From: Coleofasciculus sp. B1-GNL1-01
Lineage (GTDB): Bacteria > Cyanobacteriota > Cyanobacteriia > Cyanobacteriales > Coleofasciculaceae
DNA length: 21,413 bases
Direction: 5' to 3' (one strand)
Assembly (NCBI GenBank): GCA_040220235.1
Contig: JAVJTO010000056.1
Part shown: positions 15,793 to 21,413 of the stretch, in pieces
Numbering within the stretch: position 1 is the stretch's first letter
Layout: the number at the start of each line of letters is the position of its first letter
Position numbers and translations under genes: made by a program
The notes under the pieces: generated by a model
The model's database searches: none
The model's input: the letters and a program-made list of their open reading frames with translations, nothing else
What the model was told of the DNA's origin: nothing

Positions 15793-16855
15793 TATATCAT
15801 GGAAAAATGTGCCGTCCTATAGACCCCGATCAACCGTACCCCGTAGATCCGTAGGGTGGGTTAGGCGGTACTCAATTGACTTGCCAAACCCTTTAATTTC
15901 CTATCCGCCGTAACCCACCGAGTTATCGTTGGCAACAGGTAAACCCAAGAAGAGGGCGAGTCGATACAATTAATACCTTTCCCCGTCACGATAGTGGGGC
16001 GAGTCGATAAAATTAATGCCTTTCCCCGTCACGATAGTGCAGCGACTCGCCCCTACAAAGTTGTTACAAGGTTACAGGATTACAGGATTACAGGATTACA
16101 GGACACAGGACACAAAACACAATAAAATAAATATCAGGTTAGGAATGACCTAAACTTCAAATCCAGAGGGTGCTATGTTGACCATCAATCAAAGCTTACA
16201 GCGTATAGGCTATGGGTGCGCGATCGCTCCCCTCCTCTTCATCCCCTGTAACCCTGTCCTCGCCCAGATTACACCCGATTCTACATTAGGCGCTGAACAA
16301 TCCTCAATCCTACCCAATGGCGTGGTTATTGATGGAGTAACCGCCGATTTAATTCAGGATGGCGCTAGCCGAGGTTCCGCCTTATTTCATAGCTTTTCAG
16401 AATTTAATATTAACGAAGGACAACGGGTTTATTTTGCCAACCCTGACGGAATCGAAGCCATTTTTAGTCGGGTGACGGGAACTGATCCCTCGGACATTTT
16501 GGGAACATTAGGCGTCAATGGTGGGGCGGATTTAATTTTCATCAATCCCAATGGAATTCTCTTTGGCGAAAATGCCCAACTTGATATCCGGGGTTCCTTT
16601 ATTGGGAGTACAGCGAATGGGGTGGTATTTGAGAATGGCACAACATTTAGTGCAACCAATCCAGAAGCGCCGCCATTACTCACTATTAATGTTCCCTTGG
16701 GGTTGCAATATGGTGAAGTAGCCCCCCCTTTGCAAGGGGGGGTTGGGGGCAGGGCTAATTCCGCAGTGATGAGAGAAAATTAGGGCGACCAGGACTATTC
16801 AGACGGCAAGACGACTCTGGGCTAGAAGAACACCATTAGAACACATAGTTACTTT

Positions 16856-16999
16856 ACGCGATCGCTCTCTTAACTAGCACTCACCTAGGAGCTTCTTACC
16901 ACCAAGGTTCTAGGGTTGGGCTCAAAGACGCGATCGTTCTTTTAACTAGCACTCATCTAGGAGCTTGTTACCACCAAGGTTCTAGGGTTGGGCTCAAAG
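16856..16999. repeat. 72-bp tandem duplication inside the IS 3' region
   Basis: 16856-16927 and 16928-16999 are near-identical, each starting ACGCGATCG; ACGCGA recurs at 17000. Confidence 0.9.
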
Positions 17000-18104
17000 A
17001 CGCGAGCCGGCACATTTCCTATTAGCTGAAAAATTTGTTCTAGGTTATGACTAATCAGGCGAATTCCAGTGGTTATAGATGAATATCCATTGTAGCGTAA
17101 GATCGTTAATACTAAACTACGAATAATAGAAAAGTTAGCGGGAGCGTTACCTTGTCTCATCCGAGAATTATCCTCATCTAACACCACGTCTTTCACCCAA
17201 TGTAAACGATTCTCGATGCCCCAGTGACCCCGAATACCTTGGGCAAATTGTGCTGCATTGGTCGTCAGACTGCTGATGTAGTATACTATTTGGTGATAGG
17301 GTTTACCTGCTCGTGTACCAAGGCGTTCTACCTTAACTAAATTTTGCAAACCTGCCCAATCACGACTGATGCCACTCAGGTCATCAAAAACCGAGACTGT
17401 TCGAGTCGTAAGGCGATCACTTCGGCGTTCTGTGGTAATATCAAGGCTAATAGGTGACGTTTGTTCAGTAGTGAGCTTAATTTGTTCATGCAGACGTTTT
17501 TGATTACCCTTAACAGCAATCACATAATCATTGCCACCTTCGATAATTAACTGTACAGTTTTTTTTGACAATGTAAGGCATCCAAAGTGAAAACGACTCC
17601 TTCTAGGTCTAAAGCAGCTAGAAGATTCTGCACAACAGCAATTTCACTCCCTTGTTTGTTGTGAAATTGTTGGAGAGCAATGGGAATTCCTTGTTGAGCG
17701 CTGAATACCGAAACGACATTAATAAAATCTTGATAAGCTTGGTCATAATTAGTGACAGTAGTTTTAATACTTTTACCATCAACTCCTAACCAATCTTGTT
17801 CTCCCTTAGTCAGGGTACTATATACCCAACTATTGAAAATTTTGGCTAAATCGGCAAAATCTATTCCCATCATCACCCGCCGAAAAGTGGAGTCAGAGGG
17901 AAAACGAGTTGGAGGCAATTGTAGACTTGTGACCAAGGCGTCGTGATGCCGACGGCAAAAATCTTCCAGAGCACGATAACCCAAACAATCGCTCAGGGTT
18001 CCCATAATGACCAGCAAAAGAAGTAACCACAAAGGATAACGACGTCCTCTTGCAGCACGAAAATCTGGCACTTGGGTTAAGGCTTCCAGGAGATTGCTCT
18101 TCAT
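16957..18104 (-). CDS. ISAs1 transposase in two overlapping frames joined at an A8 run (possible -1 frameshift)
   Basis: ORF 17547-18104 (GVDGKSI, TLDALHCQKK) and ORF 16957-17571 (DYVIAVKGNQ, RGHWGIENRLHWVKDV); a -1 slip at 17559-17566 gives HCQKKTVQ. Confidence 0.85.
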
Positions 18105-19034
18105 GATGGTAAATGACTCGATTAAACTATGGTTGCAAGATTTAGTTTACGCTAAATTATGGTCGCCCTAATTTTCTCTCATCACAATGAATTAGCCCTG
18201 GGGGTTGGGGGGGTTCAAAAAGCCGAGATTACCAATTCCGGGACTCTAGAAGTCGGTAAAAATTTAAGCTTAGTTGGCGGAACAGTTACCAGTACCGGAC
18301 AATTAGCCGCCCCCGCCGGATACCTGGAGATAGCCGCCGTGAATGGAGATGCAACAGTGCGGGATGGGTTGGCGCAGTCAGCTATTTTATTCGCGAATAA
18401 TAATTTAATTTTAGAAGAAAGTCAGTTAGTCACGGCTGGAGATTTAATCCTGTTGGCTGGCGATACGGTGCGAGTGCGGGATAGTGTAGAAACTCCGTTT
18501 ATTGCCCATGCTGGTGGGAATCTCTATATTCAAGGAAATCAAAGCATTGATATTCTGGCATTGAATCATCCGGGAACGCCGTTTCAGAGTGGTGGGGAGT
18601 TGAGTTTAATTAGTGATGGGGTCATTTCTGGGGATGCTCATTTTGCCAGTGGGGGTCAGTTTGCGATTCTAAATTTAGCGGGGGAACCGGGGAATTTTGA
18701 GAGTTACTATGATCCGATTATTAGTTCCGAAGGGGATGTGGTTCTGGGGGATTATACAGGAGTTTCGCTGAAAGTTGAGTCAAGAGGAAGTATTACCACA
18801 GGAAATATTCGGATTACAGGTAAAGATACTACTCTTTCTGGTTCAGATCCAGATATTGCCATTTTGACCAGCAGTCCGGCTCTAATTTTACGAGCGGGTT
18901 TAAGTGAATTGCAAAATACACCCAATGTGCCTAAATCAACAGGAGAAACAATTTTTACATCTTCTGGAGTACAGTCGTCACCCGGAAGCATTACGGTGGG
19001 AAATATTTCCACAGCCGGAGAGTCTTCAGTCACT

Positions 19035-19742
19035 TTTTCTGACTTTTCTGATGTCTCTAATCTTCAACTCAATAATAATGCTCAACAGGCGGGTAATGTT
19101 CTTCGTCTGACACCAGGAGAATATTTTCATGTAGGTAGTGTTTTTTTTATCCAACCTTTTCCTATCAGCGACAATACTTCATTCAACACTCAATTCAAAT
19201 TGCGGCTTCATGGTAATACTGATTCGACTTGGGGAGCGGCTGATGGTTTAGTCTTTATAGTTCATAATGACTATCGTGGTGCTACCGCTCTTGGTGAAGG
19301 TGCAAACAGTCTTGGCTACAGTGTATTGCCTGACACTTCTAATCCTGAAGCCAAAATCTCTGACAGCATTGGCATAGAATTTGACATTTATGAGAATTCA
19401 GATATTGCCGAGCCTCCCAACGATAATCAATCAGATCCTAACAACAATCATATTGCTTTAGTTAGAGATGGTTCTGTCAATCATGAGCAATTGGGACTAC
19501 CCCTCGCCAGTCCTCCATTTGATTTAGATGGCGATAGTTCTCGCACTGTCTGGATTGACTACAATGGAACCAATGATCAACTCAACGTTTTTATCGCTGA
19601 GAATACAACCAAACCAGACCAGCCTTTGCTTTCCCATCAAATTAACCTTCCCGATGTTGTTGGTTCACAAGCCTTTTTTGGCTTTAGTGCTGCAACGGGT
19701 GGGGGTTTGAGGGAGCATGATGTCGAAAATTGGCAGTTGAGT
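19035..19742 (+). other. Legume (L-type) lectin-like domain within the fha reading frame
   Basis: LQLNNNA...LRLT, SFNTQF, AADGLVF, SLGY, IGIEFD, DPNNNHIAL, VWIDYNG, FGFSAATGG...HDVENW. Confidence 0.85.
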
Positions 19743-21413
19743 GTCACTAACCGAGGAAAATCTGGCTTAGGGGGACCTGTAATTTTATCAGCAGCCGATG
19801 ATATTCAGACTGGCTCAATTATTACCGAAGGTGGGGATATTACACTGGAAAGTGGTGGTGTAATTGATACTACCGCAGGGGAACTTGACGCCTTCTCCGG
19901 TACTAATGGAGGAGACATTACTCTCGAATCTGACGGTAATATCAAAGCAGGTAATATTACCTCATCGGGTAATGCATTCGGTGGCAATATCAACATTACC
20001 AGCAAAAATGGAGTCATCTCTCTAGATGGTGACACACTCGTTCGCAGCGATACCTTTGTTTTGGGTAGAGGAGGAGATGTTAACCTATCCGCTCGGTCAA
20101 TATTGATCACCAATGGTGCTGGCATTATTACTGGAACGGATAAAGTAGGTCAAGGTGGAAATCTGACAGTAAATGCCCAAGAATCTGTTGAAATTATTGG
20201 AACGTCAAATGACGCAAATCTATCTCTGAGTATGTTATCCACCGCCACCGCAGGAACTGAAGCTGCTGGAGATTTAACCATTCACACCAAGCGATTAATT
20301 GTCCGAGATGGGGGAGTTGTTTCAGCTTCAACGGCTGGTGCAGGTGATGGGGGAAATTTGATTGTAAATGCTTCTGAATTTATTGAATTAAGCGGTACAG
20401 CACCCGATGGATTTCCCAGTGGATTTTCTACAGATACGATTAGTAGTGGTAATGCGGGAGACTTAATTATTGAGCGAGGACGCTTAATTGTGCGAGATGG
20501 TGCCGCCGTATCCGTTTCCACATTTGCTGACGGTGAGAGTGGTAATTTAATCATCCGTGATTCGGAATCCATTGAACTGAGTGGGACTTCACGAGCAGGA
20601 TTTCCTAGTGGGTTGTATGCTCAAGCATTTGGGGATGGGGATGCGGGAAATTTAACCATAAATCATACCCAAAATTTGAGCGTTCGGGATGGGGCAAAAA
20701 TCACCGTAGCGGCGGGTAATGCGGTAGATAATAGAATTCCCACGGGGCGTTTGGATAGAGCGAAAACCGATGAAATTGCCGATATAATTGGTGCGCCTGA
20801 CATATCTATCAGTCCCCAAGCAACAGGGAATGCAGGAAACATACAAATCACAGCAGACAATATCTTTCTGGAAAACCAAGGATTAATTATTGCTGAAACG
20901 GAATCAACTGAAGGTGGCAATATTACCCTCAACGTCAACGATATCCTACTCCTACGCCATAACAGTTCAATTTCCACCACCGCCGGAACTGCCCAAGCGG
21001 GGGGAAATGGGGGCAATATCCGGATTAATTCACCCTTTATTGTCGGACTTCCCTGGGAAAATAGTGATATTACCGCCAATGCTTTCTTTGGGAATGGCGG
21101 GAGAGTTGATATCACCGCCAACAAAATTTATGGACTCGAATTTCGTCCTCGCCTCACTCCCCTTTCTGACATTACCGCCAGTTCAGAATTTGGCGAACAA
21201 GGAGTCGTGGAACTCGACACCTTAGAAATTGACCCTGACACCGGATTATTGCAATTACCTCCCCCAGCTTCCCCACCGGATTTTGTCAATTTCTGTCAAG
21301 GGCGTTCTGACCAAACTCCCAGTCATTTTATCATCAGTGGACGCGGCGGAGTTCCGCCCACAATTTCTCAAGTCACGGGAACCGATAATGTGTGGGAAGA
21401 TTTACGTCCGTTG

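Larger units (their letters stand above)
16750..18200 (-). mobile_element. Complete ISAs1-family insertion sequence (1451 bp)
   Basis: 41-42-bp terminal inverted repeats CAGGGCTAATTC...GTGATGAGAGAAAATTAGGGCGACCA; flanking direct repeat GGGGTTGGGGG (16739-16749 and 18201-18211). Confidence 0.95.
16175..21413 (+). pseudogene. Filamentous-haemagglutinin-family (TpsA-like) exoprotein with internal L-type lectin domain, interrupted by ISAs1; continues past the window end
   Basis: Signal peptide ending VLA/QITPDSTLG; haemagglutinin N-terminal motifs LFHSFSEFN, SRVTG and INPNGILFG. After the IS, a frame starting at 18213 reads as Gly/Asn-rich beta-helix repeats to the typical tail FCQ...FIISGRGGVP...WEDLRP. 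It is absent from the ORF track, presumably because no stop occurs in the window. Confidence 0.9.

Noticed and set aside
1..18200. Composite transposon of two inverted ISAs1 copies carrying the RiPP cluster
   Set aside because: The right copy has its own target duplication on both sides and splits one gene, so it inserted independently; the left copy is diverged and broken.
18752..21225. Several short ORFs on the minus strand and alternative plus frames
   Set aside because: Shadows of the long fha frame, which has recognisable motifs throughout.

Overview
Window from a cyanobacterial genome (at least 9 HIP1 octamers GCGATCGC, STRR-type heptamer arrays, many GTAG-led REP-like palindromes; probably a filamentous species, which is inference). 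The core (1424-13778) is a convergently arranged RiPP gene cluster. The + arm has an IS630-like HTH-only protein, a cNMP-domain/C39-peptidase ABC exporter, a HlyD adaptor and a PpiC-type isomerase. The - arm has an APH-type kinase, a HopA1-family lyase-like protein, an aldo/keto-reductase-fold protein that appears to lack the canonical catalytic residues, a second PpiC protein, and two 38-aa-leader double-glycine precursors with Ser/Thr-rich, single-Cys cores. This resembles the split LanK/LanY dehydratase of class V lanthipeptides and thioamitides, but no decarboxylase, second (cyclase) kinase homologue, methyltransferase or YcaO is visible. The left flank is an ISAs1 fragment interrupted by a decayed IS630. 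The right flank is an Rpn/PD-(D/E)XK gene between two copies of a promoter/5' segment, followed by a large filamentous-haemagglutinin-family gene with an internal legume-type lectin domain. That gene is split by a complete ISAs1 element (16750-18200) and runs off the window end.
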